A program made the translations under genes and the position numbers. From contig DATGLT010000242.1 of assembly GCA_035294005.1 (NCBI GenBank), positions 2,159-66,158 on the forward strand: a stretch of DNA of 64,000 bases. The letters run 5' to 3'. Shown one piece after another: positions 27,337-36,660 of this stretch. Every line of letters starts with the position of its first letter. Position 1 is the stretch's first letter. Source of the DNA: Verrucomicrobiia bacterium (GTDB lineage: Bacteria > Verrucomicrobiota > Verrucomicrobiia > Limisphaerales > UBA8199). Under the pieces are notes generated by a model. It was not told the origin of the DNA. It did no database searches and was given only the letters and a program-made list of their open reading frames with translations.

Positions 27337-28593
27337 ATGAATGGCAGTAAAGAACGGCATACACCGCTGAATGTGGGCCTGGCCCTCGCTTGCGGGGTTT
27401 TCATTGGGTGGCTGGGCACGATGGGCTGCTCCTCAGCCAGGAAAGACCCGGATTTCAAGCTCATGGCCCAGGCCTGGAACACCATCGAAAGCCAGTACGT
27501 TAACCGTTCCTCGTTGCACTCCGAGGAACTTACTTATGGCGCCATCAGCGGCATGGTCGACGCCTTGGGCGACACTGGCCACAGCACGTTTTTGACACCC
27601 GGGATGGTCAAAGACCTCAAAAACATGGAACGCGGGGAATTCAAAGGAATCGGCATCGAGATTCAGGTCAAAGGGCCGCACGTGGTTGTGGTGGCACCAA
27701 TTGACGGCTCACCTGCCGAACGAGCCGGATTGCACCCGGGCGATATCATTCTAAAAGTGGGGGGCCAGGACGTCACAGACTGGCCGCTGGCGCGGGTTGC
27801 CGAAAAGATAACCGGAAAGCCGGGCACGAAAGTCAGTCTGACCATCCAGGACCCGCACAATGGCTCCACTCGCCAATTGGCGGTGACAAGGGCATCGGTC
27901 AAGATGCACGACGTCACATGGCACAAGGTCCCAGGAACTTCGATCGCCCATATCCGCGTTGCGAGCTTCGACAATGGCGTGACCAAGGACCTTCGAGTGA
28001 GCCTCCAGGAAATCGAGCAGGCGGGCCTCAACGGGGTGATTCTGGACCTGCGAAATAACCCAGGTGGACTGCTGGACGAAGCCATTGGAGTCGCAAGCCA
28101 GTTTTTGGGTGATGGAGTTGTTTTGCAGGCGAAAGACGCCAAAGGGAAGATTTCACCGGTAGCCGTCGAGAAGGGCGGCCTGGCGACGAATCTGCCCATG
28201 GCGGTTATCATCAATGAAGGCTCGGCAAGCGCCGCCGAGATAGTGGCGGGAGCGTTGCAGGACAACCATCGCGCGGATCTTGTCGGGCAGACAACCTTTG
28301 GCACCGGGACGGTCCTGCAGGAATTTCGATTATCTGACGGTTCAGCGTTGCTGCTCGCCGTAGAAGAATGGCTGACACCCACGGGCCAATCTTTCTGGCA
28401 TAAAGGGGTGACCCCGGACTTTCCTGTCGCCCTGCCCGCCGAAGTAAACCCGGTGTTCCCAGCCTCAGAAAAGACCATGACAGCGAAGGAACTGCAGTCC
28501 AGCGAGGATCGGCAACTACTCGATGCGTTGAAACTGGTCACCCGTTTGACAACTCCAGCCAATATCACCGGCTCGCCAAAACCAAACAGTTGA
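27337..28593 (+). CDS. carboxy-terminal processing peptidase, S41 family
   Basis: Contains a PDZ segment (GLHPGDIILKVGGQDV), NPGGLLDEAIGVASQFL and the catalytic-Ser context INEGSASAAEIVAGALQD. Confidence 0.85.
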   Translation: MNGSKERHTPLNVGLALACGVFIGWLGTMGCSSARKDPDFKLMAQAWNTIESQYVNRSSLHSEELTYGAISGMVDALGDTGHSTFLTPGMVKDLKNMERGEFKGIGIEIQVKGPHVVVVAPIDGSPAERAGLHPGDIILKVGGQDVTDWPLARVAEKITGKPGTKVSLTIQDPHNGSTRQLAVTRASVKMHDVTWHKVPGTSIAHIRVASFDNGVTKDLRVSLQEIEQAGLNGVILDLRNNPGGLLDEAIGVASQFLGDGVVLQAKDAKGKISPVAVEKGGLATNLPMAVIINEGSASAAEIVAGALQDNHRADLVGQTTFGTGTVLQEFRLSDGSALLLAVEEWLTPTGQSFWHKGVTPDFPVALPAEVNPVFPASEKTMTAKELQSSEDRQLLDALKLVTRLTTPANITGSPKPNS

Positions 28594-28645
28594 TCAGTCG
28601 CTGCTTTTAGCGTGATTTTCCGAAAACGCCGGGTAAGTTCAGGCC

Positions 28646-29035
28646 ATGGAAACGTTGAAACTCCCATGGGTATTCGCCCTGGTAACCGCCGTTTGGTTCG
28701 GCTCGATGGCAAAAAGGTCCGGGCGAAGCGCGACCTTGTGGGTGATTGGCGGCGGGGCGTTTGGCCTGGTCATATCGGCTCTCGTGTTAGGGCTTGGCCG
28801 GGCGAGGAATATCCCTCTTTCTGAACACGACAGCGCCGTGCACCACGCCAAGTGGGTGGTCAGCGCCGCCGTTCTCATTCTCATTGCCGGCTGGTTGCTG
28901 ACTTCGAGCCTTCATCGACAACACGTCCGCATCTGGAAAGCGGTAAAGCAGGATCCGGCCCCGGCAGACCCAACCCCCACCAAAACCGCGGCAGCCACAG
29001 GGCCCAAACAGCCCTTAACCAAAAGCCAAGGTTGA
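28646..29035 (+). CDS. hypothetical membrane protein (129 aa)
   Basis: Three hydrophobic helices and a Pro/Thr/Ala-rich tail. No family recognised. Confidence 0.5.
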   Translation: METLKLPWVFALVTAVWFGSMAKRSGRSATLWVIGGGAFGLVISALVLGLGRARNIPLSEHDSAVHHAKWVVSAAVLILIAGWLLTSSLHRQHVRIWKAVKQDPAPADPTPTKTAAATGPKQPLTKSQG

Positions 29036-29230
29036 CCTCCAAGCCCTTGTGGATGTGGAACAACGTTGCCCGTGGGGCTGTCATCGCGTTTGGCAAATTC
29101 CACAATCGGCACGAATTTTAGCCTCGATCCGACCGTTGAGTTTTGGCACAGTCCCCATGCTTCGTGACCATCCCCAAGGTTCTCCAAGTTAAGCTGGGGC
29201 GCGGCACGGCAAAAACCACAACTAATTTTT

Positions 29231-30274
29231 ATGGAACCAAAACGGCTGGTTGAGAAGGACCCGAAACTACAACCCAACGACTTGATCGTAGTGGGAGGCG
29301 CCGGCGGATTTATTGGCGGCGCTCTGGTGCGGTATTTTCAGGCAAAAGGATTTACGCGAATTCGGGCGGTGGACAAGAAACCGCTACCGGAATGGTATCA
29401 GCGTGTGCCAGGGGTGGAATGCCTGACGCTGGATTTGAGCCAGGAGCACAATTGCCAGCGCGCCTGCGAAGGGGCTGTAGAGGTCTATAACCTGGCAGCC
29501 GACATGGGCGGGATGGGTTTTATCGAGCGTTTTCGCGTCGAATGCCTGCGCAGCATTCTAATCAATACGCACATGATTGAATCGGCGTACCGGGCGGGTG
29601 CGCGGCGCTTTTTCTTTTCTTCGTCTGCCTGCGCGTACAACACCGAGCTTCAGCAGGATCCGAAGGTGCGCGCGCTCAAAGAATCCGACGCCTACCCCGC
29701 AATGGCCGAACGCGGCTATGGCTGGGAAAAGCTCATGTCGGAGATGTTTTGCCAGGAATACTGGGCTGAACGCGGACTCAAAACCGCCATTGCTCGTTTC
29801 CACAACGTGTACGGTCCCTGGGGCACGTGGGATGGCGGGCGCGAAAAAGCCCCAGCCGCCATGTGCCGCAAGGTCATCGAAGCGATGGATTCAGGTAAGC
29901 TTTCCATTTCCATTTGGGGTGATGGTCACCAGACCAGGAGCTTCATGTATATTGATGACTGCACAAAGGGGATCGACAGCATCATGCATTCGGACGAACT
30001 GATTGCCACCCCCATTAACCTGGGTTCAAGCGAGTTGGTTTCCATCAACGACCTGGTTTCCAAAGTCGAGAAGATTGCGGGCATCAAGCTGGAACGCAAT
30101 TACGATTTGAGCGCGCCGCGCGGTGTTGCCGGCCGCAACAGCGACAACACCTTCATCCGGAAAATGCTCGGCTGGGAGCCGGACACTTCCCTCGACCACG
30201 GGCTGAAGCACACCTTCGATTGGATTAAAGAGCAGTACTACGCCAGGAAAAAAGGGAAGCGCGTCGTTGAATAA
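29231..30274 (+). CDS. GDP-mannose 3,5-epimerase-like NAD-dependent epimerase (347 aa)
   Basis: Rossmann motif VVGGAGGFIGG. There are long colinear matches to the plant GME pattern: NLAADMGGMGFI, FFSSSACAY, FHNVYGPWGTWDGGREKAPAAMCRK, IWGDGHQTRSF and GVAGRNSDNTFIRKMLGWEP. Confidence 0.8.
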   Translation: MEPKRLVEKDPKLQPNDLIVVGGAGGFIGGALVRYFQAKGFTRIRAVDKKPLPEWYQRVPGVECLTLDLSQEHNCQRACEGAVEVYNLAADMGGMGFIERFRVECLRSILINTHMIESAYRAGARRFFFSSSACAYNTELQQDPKVRALKESDAYPAMAERGYGWEKLMSEMFCQEYWAERGLKTAIARFHNVYGPWGTWDGGREKAPAAMCRKVIEAMDSGKLSISIWGDGHQTRSFMYIDDCTKGIDSIMHSDELIATPINLGSSELVSINDLVSKVEKIAGIKLERNYDLSAPRGVAGRNSDNTFIRKMLGWEPDTSLDHGLKHTFDWIKEQYYARKKGKRVVE

Positions 30275-30278
30275 GGCA

Positions 30279-31454
30279 TCATGATTCCGGCTTGAGCAAA
30301 GTCGCTCCGGCCGCGGGACGCGAGACGAAAAGTGTCGGCTTGATGCGGGTCCGTTCTTCGTATTCGGCGGACACGCGTTGCGAGATGGCGCTCACCTTTT
30401 CTGATTTCACAAGGGCCACGGTGCAGCCGCCGAAGCCTCCTCCGGTCATTCGGCATCCGTAAACGCCGCCGCTCGCGCCAATGGATTGGGCGATTTCTAC
30501 AACGGCGTCCAGTTCCGGGCAACTGACCTCGTAATCGTTTCGCAGCGAAGCGTGGCTTGCAAACATCAGTTGACCGACGGTCGGCCAATTGGAGGCACGT
30601 ACTCCTTCGGCGGCGTGAACAGTGCGTTCGATTTCGCCGATAACGTGCCGGGCGCGCCGATAAACCGTGTCGCTCATTTTGGAACGGGCCCGCTCAAGGG
30701 CCTGGGCATCGGCGTCGCGCAGGGAACGCACACCCAACGCACGTGCCGCTTCCTCACACTCGGCCCGGCGGCGGGCATATTCCCCCCCGGTCAATTCGTG
30801 TTTAACATTGGTGTTGGTAATGAGCAGCGAAACCGAGGGATCGGTCATCGGGACAAGTTCTGTTTGGCGCGACCGGCAGTCCAGCAGCAGGAGGTGATCC
30901 TTTTTGCCCATGACCGAAATGAACTGATCCATGATGCCACAGGGCATGCCGGCATATTCATGCTCGGCCTTTTGCGACAGCAATGCTTTGTCCACCGGAT
31001 CAAGTTTATGGCCTGTGATGGATTCGAGAAGAGTTGCCGTGGCCACTTCAAGTGATGCGCTGCTGGACAACCCACCCCCGAGCGGCACAGTCGAATGAAT
31101 GAGCGCATCGAACGGTTTGGGGTTGATGCCTCGCGCAGCAAAGCCGGCGATGACCCCCAGCGGATAATTATACCAGGTCCCTTTGCTGGCCGGCTTCAGC
31201 GGTTGCGACAGGTCAATCATCGCGGGGGCGGCTCCAGCCGTCGAGCGAAGCTGAATGGTTTTGCCGCCCGCCGGCGCGCCGGCGATTACCGTGTAACGCT
31301 CGATTGCCATCGGAAAGACGAAGCCATCGTTATAGTCGGTATGCTCGCCGATGACGTTCACACGTCCGGGCGCCGCAGCGACCCATTCCGCCTCGCGCCC
31401 AAACATTTTTTTGAATTGATCGGTGGCTTCCCGGCCTAGTTCAGCAAGGCTCAT
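30279..31454 (-). CDS. galK: galactokinase
   Basis: Contains the GalK signature GRVNVIGEHTDYNDGFV and the GHMP motif PLGGGLSSSASLEV. Confidence 0.9.
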   Translation of the reverse strand: MSLAELGREATDQFKKMFGREAEWVAAAPGRVNVIGEHTDYNDGFVFPMAIERYTVIAGAPAGGKTIQLRSTAGAAPAMIDLSQPLKPASKGTWYNYPLGVIAGFAARGINPKPFDALIHSTVPLGGGLSSSASLEVATATLLESITGHKLDPVDKALLSQKAEHEYAGMPCGIMDQFISVMGKKDHLLLLDCRSRQTELVPMTDPSVSLLITNTNVKHELTGGEYARRRAECEEAARALGVRSLRDADAQALERARSKMSDTVYRRARHVIGEIERTVHAAEGVRASNWPTVGQLMFASHASLRNDYEVSCPELDAVVEIAQSIGASGGVYGCRMTGGGFGGCTVALVKSEKVSAISQRVSAEYEERTRIKPTLFVSRPAAGATLLKPES

Positions 31455-31463
31455 AGAATGATG

Positions 31464-32504
31464 TCATGCCGTCGTGAATTTATGAACGGTGGTTTGGCGG
31501 TAGGTTTGGCCCGGCCGGAGTATCGTTGAAGGGAAATTCGGGTGATTCACTGAATCAGGAAAATGCTGCGTTTCAAGGCAGAAGCCCGAGTGTTGGCGGT
31601 AAACCACGCCCCGTTTACCCGTCAGGGAGCCGTCCAGGTAGTTGGAGGTGTATAGTTGCACGCCAGGTTGGGTGGTCGAGAGTTCCATCACCCTGCCGGT
31701 TTTGGGCTCGAATACGCGCGCGGTAAGCCGCGGGTTCGAACCGGCCCCGTTGATCACGAAATTGTGATCGTAGCCGACAGGTTTTTCTTTGAGCTCGGAA
31801 AATCGCGACCCAATCGCGTGCGGCTGTGTGAAATCCATTGGCGTGCCCTTCACCGGACTTATCTCGCCGGTCGGGATCGAGTGCTGGTTTTTGGGGGTAT
31901 ACTGGTCGGCGGCTAACATCAATTCGTGCCCTAAAACATCGCCCTGCCCAGCCAGGTTAAAATACGAATGATTGGTCAGGTTGACCGGGGTTGGTTTATC
32001 CGTGACAGCGCTGTAATTGATTACCAGCTCGTTTGCATCCGTGAGCGTCATGACGACGATCGCCTGGAGGCACCCCGGGTAGCCTTCCTCCCCGTCAGCG
32101 CTGGTATAGGAAAACTTTACGGTCGCGCCGCCGCCCGGTTCAGCCTTCCAGACGACTTTGTCGAAACCCTTAACGCCGCCGTGCAGATGGTTGGGCCCAT
32201 TGTTGATCGCAAGGGTATAAGTTTTTCCCTCCAGAACGAACCGGCCATTGGCAATCCGGTTGGCAACGCGGCCCACGGTGCATCCAAAATAGGGATGGCC
32301 CCGGAGATACTGGTCGAGATTATCGAACCCGAGCACAATGTCCCCGCTTTTTCCGGCGCGATCCGGCACATGCAATTCGGTGAGGATTGTCCCGTAATTG
32401 CAAATTTTTGCCACCAACCCACCCGGATTGGTCAACGTAAACAAATCGACAGCTGTCCCATCGGCCAACTTTCCGAACGGTGCGGTTTGGACACTTGCTT
32501 TCAT
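31464..32504 (-). CDS. galM: aldose 1-epimerase (galactose mutarotase), 346 aa
   Basis: ATG 32504 gives MKASVQTAPFG.... Contains GFDN...YFGCTVGRVANRI, NNGPNHLHGG and a HSGFCLETQHFPDS-type C-terminal motif. Confidence 0.85.
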   Translation of the reverse strand: MKASVQTAPFGKLADGTAVDLFTLTNPGGLVAKICNYGTILTELHVPDRAGKSGDIVLGFDNLDQYLRGHPYFGCTVGRVANRIANGRFVLEGKTYTLAINNGPNHLHGGVKGFDKVVWKAEPGGGATVKFSYTSADGEEGYPGCLQAIVVMTLTDANELVINYSAVTDKPTPVNLTNHSYFNLAGQGDVLGHELMLAADQYTPKNQHSIPTGEISPVKGTPMDFTQPHAIGSRFSELKEKPVGYDHNFVINGAGSNPRLTARVFEPKTGRVMELSTTQPGVQLYTSNYLDGSLTGKRGVVYRQHSGFCLETQHFPDSVNHPNFPSTILRPGQTYRQTTVHKFTTA

Positions 32505-32514
32505 CGTCCCGCGG

Positions 32515-32754
32515 TCATTTCCGAGTCTCGGTATTCGAAGGTTGCCCCTGGGCCCCTTTTCGGGCCCCACGCGAGGCCATTATCAGCATTGCGGCGCCAA
32601 ACACCAGCAGCACTAGACCCCATACCAAGTTGATGTTCAGTTCGAGAGATCGAGCGTAGATTTGCGACCCTGAAGTCATCAGCCCGTAGACGACCAAGAG
32701 TGCCCCAATGATTGAAAACATCAGGCCGATTGGCCAGCGTAAGTCGAGTCCCAT
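32515..32754 (-). CDS. small two-TM membrane protein (79 aa)
   Basis: Two hydrophobic helices (IGLMFSIIGALLVVYGL; LVWGLVLLVFGAAMLIM). It is tightly packed between the SSS transporter and galM. Confidence 0.55.
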   Translation of the reverse strand: MGLDLRWPIGLMFSIIGALLVVYGLMTSGSQIYARSLELNINLVWGLVLLVFGAAMLIMASRGARKGAQGQPSNTETRK

Positions 32755-32769
32755 AGAGCGATCCTTTTG

Positions 32770-34737
32770 TTAACGGAAAATTATGTTCAGAACGACGCAG
32801 CACAGCAGCAGCACCGTCCCCACTACCGCTGGCCGCAAATACCATTCCCGTTCCTCGACCTTGATTTTCGGGGTAAGGGAATAAACAAGGCCTTTGAGTT
32901 CCTCATCTGACTTGGTACGGGCTGTAGCGAGGGATATCCCGAGCGTAAGGGTGAAACACACAATAAAGGCGAAGCTGGCCAGCCAAAAGTTCTGTGCCAT
33001 TTCGCTCGGGAAAATCCTGGCGACGCCGAGGTAGCCGCCTTTGACGCCGGGCAAATTGCCGGCGGCTATGGTCTTGGAATGGAACAGGGCCGAGCCGAGG
33101 ATGCCGCCAAACAAGCCCAGGAACGCCCCGGTGCCGGTAGTGCGAGCCCAGAACATGCCGAGCAGGAACGTTGCGAACAATGGCGCATTCACAAATCCGA
33201 ATACGAGTTGGATGATATCCATGGCGTTGTTGTACATGGCTGCGAAATAAGCGCAGGCGATGCTCAGCAAAATGCCCACCACGGTCACGGCTTGCCCCAT
33301 CCAGAAATAGTGCTGGTCGCTTTTGTTGGGCGCCAAGTACGCCTGGTAAAGATCATACGTCCATACTGTGTTGAACGCCGTTACATTGCCGGCCATGCCG
33401 GACATGAATGAGGCCAAGAGCGCCGTTAATGCCAGGCCTAGCAATCCGGTAGGGCAATACTTCTTTACCAGCGACAAAATCACACCATCGTAGTCGTATT
33501 CCGCCACGGCATTGTACAGGCCTTGCTTGATCTGGGCATCGGTCAGGGTCCCGGCGTCCTTCTCCAGTACTGCGACCTTCTCGGAATTCATTTTCTTGCC
33601 CATGGCCTCGCTCACGGCTTTCAATGCCGAAATTGGATCCGACCTGGCACTCGCCTTAACCGCCTCCACACCTTTTGCGTAGACCTGTTCACTGAGAATG
33701 GGAGGCGGAATGCGATAGTTCTTCGCGGGATTGGACGTGAGGGCCACGGCAATCATCCCCGGCACGATTACCAGGATGGGGAAAATCATTTTCGGCACCG
33801 CCGCAATTAAAGGGGTGCGCCTCGCCGCGCTCATGTTCTTGGCCGCCATCGCGCGTTGCACGACCAGGAAGTTAGTGCACCAGTAACCAAACGAGAGCAC
33901 AAACCCGAGCCCGAACACCATGGCGAATATATCCACACCCATCGGGTTGGCCGATGGCCCCCCCAGCAGAGGCTTCCAGGCGCTGGTCCAGGCGTCGGCT
34001 GAATACGCTTTTGTGCCAAGGTTATAAGCAGCGGGATCCTGGGCCACCGTCTGGAGCGAATGGTTCATGGAGCTCCACCCCCCCACGTCCTTAAGGCCCA
34101 GGTACACCACCGGGGCGAAGCCCAGCACGATCATGAAGAACTGCAGCACTTCGGTGTAAATGGCGGAAGTAAGTCCGCCTTTTAAGACGTAAACCAGAAC
34201 GACGGCTGAGCAAATCCAAAGATACGCGTCGTAGCTCTCAATATGAAGCCCTAGGGGCAATCTAATGTCGAGTTTCCAAGGCAACAAGTTCGCCAGCAGT
34301 TTGGCCAGCGCATTCATCGAGATGCCTGACGCGAAGACAGTCATCACCGCGAACGCAATCGAGTTCAAGGCCCGGACCCGTTCGTCAAACCGCATTTTCA
34401 GATATTCCGGCACCGAACGCGCCTTGGAGCCGTAGTAAAATGGCATCATGAATACGGCCAAAAAAATCATCGCCGGGATCGCGCCAACCCAGTAGAAATG
34501 GCTGGTGGCAATGCCGTATTTCGCGCCGCTGGCAGCCATGCCGACCAGTTCCAACGCCCCGAGGTTTGCTGAAATAAATGCCAAGCCCGTCACCCACGCC
34601 GGAATGGAACGGCCGGACGTCAGGAAGTCCGACGAACTTTTCATGTAGCGGCGCAACGCAAAGCCAATCCCTACCACAAAGGCCACGTAGATGATCAGAA
34701 TGGCGTAATCCAGAAAACCAAGATCGACGGTGGGCAT
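32770..34737 (-). CDS. sodium:solute symporter, SGLT-like (655 aa)
   Basis: ATG 34737. The N-terminus DYAILIIYVAFVVGIGFALRRYMKSSSDFLTSGRSIPAWVTGLAFISANLGALELVGMAASG matches the SSF signature, and the protein has many TM helices. Confidence 0.85.
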   Translation of the reverse strand: MPTVDLGFLDYAILIIYVAFVVGIGFALRRYMKSSSDFLTSGRSIPAWVTGLAFISANLGALELVGMAASGAKYGIATSHFYWVGAIPAMIFLAVFMMPFYYGSKARSVPEYLKMRFDERVRALNSIAFAVMTVFASGISMNALAKLLANLLPWKLDIRLPLGLHIESYDAYLWICSAVVLVYVLKGGLTSAIYTEVLQFFMIVLGFAPVVYLGLKDVGGWSSMNHSLQTVAQDPAAYNLGTKAYSADAWTSAWKPLLGGPSANPMGVDIFAMVFGLGFVLSFGYWCTNFLVVQRAMAAKNMSAARRTPLIAAVPKMIFPILVIVPGMIAVALTSNPAKNYRIPPPILSEQVYAKGVEAVKASARSDPISALKAVSEAMGKKMNSEKVAVLEKDAGTLTDAQIKQGLYNAVAEYDYDGVILSLVKKYCPTGLLGLALTALLASFMSGMAGNVTAFNTVWTYDLYQAYLAPNKSDQHYFWMGQAVTVVGILLSIACAYFAAMYNNAMDIIQLVFGFVNAPLFATFLLGMFWARTTGTGAFLGLFGGILGSALFHSKTIAAGNLPGVKGGYLGVARIFPSEMAQNFWLASFAFIVCFTLTLGISLATARTKSDEELKGLVYSLTPKIKVEEREWYLRPAVVGTVLLLCCVVLNIIFR

Positions 34738-34970
34738 AATTCGATATGATTTGAGCGGGTTCAGGTTTAAGGATTTTCGTTGGCATGTCAACGCGTCATT
34801 GCGGGATTCCTTTGCTTCGTTGCTTCGCTGCCCGGTACCCGTTGAGGCACATCAAGAACTCAGGGTCAGGTTCAAAGTCAATCAATCCAATCTATCGGGT
34901 AAACCGCACTCCTTGCTTGACTTGGAACTTTAAGGCACCACTTTGTTCACGCGTTCCCGGATCTTATTGA

Positions 34971-36533
34971 ATGAACTTGTTTCGTCGAAAAAGCATCGCA
35001 GCCCTCCAGGAAGAGGCCACAAACGACACCAGCCTGCGGCGCGCGCTGGGAGCTCTTAACCTCACGGCATTAGGGGTTGGAGCCATCATCGGCACGGGGA
35101 TATTCGTGCTCACCGGTACTGTGGCAGCTCAAAATGCCGGGCCGGCGGTGGTGTTGTCCTTTGTCCTGGCGGGAGTCGCCTCGGTTTTCGCGGCATTGTG
35201 TTACAGTGAATTCGCCTCGCTGGTACCTATGGCCGGAAGCGCTTACACGTACGGCTACGCGACACTCGGGGAGTTGTTCGCGTGGATTATTGGATGGGAT
35301 CTGATACTCGAGTACGCGGTGGGCGCTATAACCGTTGCGATCGGCTGGTCTGGATATGTTGTTTCATTCCTGCATGATCTCGGGCTCGATGTTCCGCCCA
35401 GGCTTTCAGCGGCCCGTGGCACGGAACTCGTTGAAATTCCGGCAAGCATAGCCGCGGGTCTCAAAATGAAAGCCGGCTGGGTAGCTCTCGGCTCTGTGGC
35501 GGGTCAACTGGCGAGGCTGGGAACCGATCCCTCGACTTTGCCCCACGTGACTGCGGCCTTCAACCTGCCTGCGGTTATCATCATTTTCCTTGTGACAACG
35601 CTGCTGGTCGTGGGCATCAAGGAATCAGCGACCTTCAACAACATCATCGTTATGGTGAAAGTCGCCGTCGTGTTTTTGTTCATCGCAGGCGCAATCAGGG
35701 CCATTTCATCCGCGAACTGGCACCCTTTCATCCCGCCCAACAACGGTACATCCGGCCAGTTTGGCTGGTCTGGAGTGATGACGGGCGCCGGGATTGTATT
35801 TTTCGCGTACATCGGTTTTGACGCGGTGAGCACGGCCGCGCAGGAGGCCAAGAATCCGCAGCGCGACATGCCGATTGGCATCATCGGTTCTCTTCTGATT
35901 TGCACGGTGCTGTATATCATCGTGTCGGGAATAGCGACGGGCGTAGTGCCTTACCGCGAGCTCGACGTTCCCGATCCGATAGCGGTCGCTGCGGATCGGG
36001 CTGGTATGGGTTGGATGGGCAAACTCATCAAGCTGGGGGCAATTGCAGGTCTCTCTTCAGTTATTCTAGTCATGCTTCTGGGCCAATCGCGCGTGTTTTA
36101 CAGCATGGCCAAAGATGGACTTTTGCCCTCGATTGTCAGCCGGGTCCATCCTCGGTTCCGTACGCCGTGGATCACGTCCATCATTACCGGAATCGCGGTG
36201 GCAATCTTCTCGGCGATTTTCACGGTGCGGGAGGCGGGCAGCCTCTGCTCAATCGGCACACTGCTCGCCTTCGTCATTGTCTCAGCTGGCATCATGGTAT
36301 TGCGTATCCGCGAGCCAAATTTGCCGCGCAAATTCAAAACGCCGCTGGTTTGGTTTGTAGCCCCCGCTGGGGCTGTGTCTGCTCTTGCTCTGATGACGGC
36401 CCTTCCTCGCACCACGTGGGCGCGGCTCATCATCTGGTTTGTGATTGGGATGGTTTTTTATTTCTTGTATGGCGTCAACAACAGCAAACTCGCAGCGCAC
36501 GATCCACCGCCCGTGCCGGGAAAAAAGCCATAA
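34971..36533 (+). CDS. APC-superfamily amino acid permease (cationic amino acid transporter-like)
   Basis: 520 aa multi-TM protein. The N-terminus LRRALGALNLTALGVGAIIGTGIFVLTG is typical of the APC/CAT family. Confidence 0.8.
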   Translation: MNLFRRKSIAALQEEATNDTSLRRALGALNLTALGVGAIIGTGIFVLTGTVAAQNAGPAVVLSFVLAGVASVFAALCYSEFASLVPMAGSAYTYGYATLGELFAWIIGWDLILEYAVGAITVAIGWSGYVVSFLHDLGLDVPPRLSAARGTELVEIPASIAAGLKMKAGWVALGSVAGQLARLGTDPSTLPHVTAAFNLPAVIIIFLVTTLLVVGIKESATFNNIIVMVKVAVVFLFIAGAIRAISSANWHPFIPPNNGTSGQFGWSGVMTGAGIVFFAYIGFDAVSTAAQEAKNPQRDMPIGIIGSLLICTVLYIIVSGIATGVVPYRELDVPDPIAVAADRAGMGWMGKLIKLGAIAGLSSVILVMLLGQSRVFYSMAKDGLLPSIVSRVHPRFRTPWITSIITGIAVAIFSAIFTVREAGSLCSIGTLLAFVIVSAGIMVLRIREPNLPRKFKTPLVWFVAPAGAVSALALMTALPRTTWARLIIWFVIGMVFYFLYGVNNSKLAAHDPPPVPGKKP

Positions 36534-36660
36534 GCTTGCTGTCCGGTCGCTCTGGCCAGGAGGACGGAAGTTCTGCGAGCTCCTACTTTCTAAGCCTGCG
36601 TCAAGCATCAGCCACCAAAACGCTTGCAGATCGGAGCTTTGCTCTTAGCTTGGATGCCAT

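Noticed and set aside
27200-27364. 55-aa N-terminal extension of mnmA in the track ORF. Similar long N-terminal extensions occur on the HDOD regulator, galM, SSS transporter, AKR, pgpA and beta-helix ORFs.
   Set aside because: The extensions have no counterpart in the respective families. They would overlap neighbouring genes or promoters. Internal ATG or GTG starts give family-typical N-termini and lengths.
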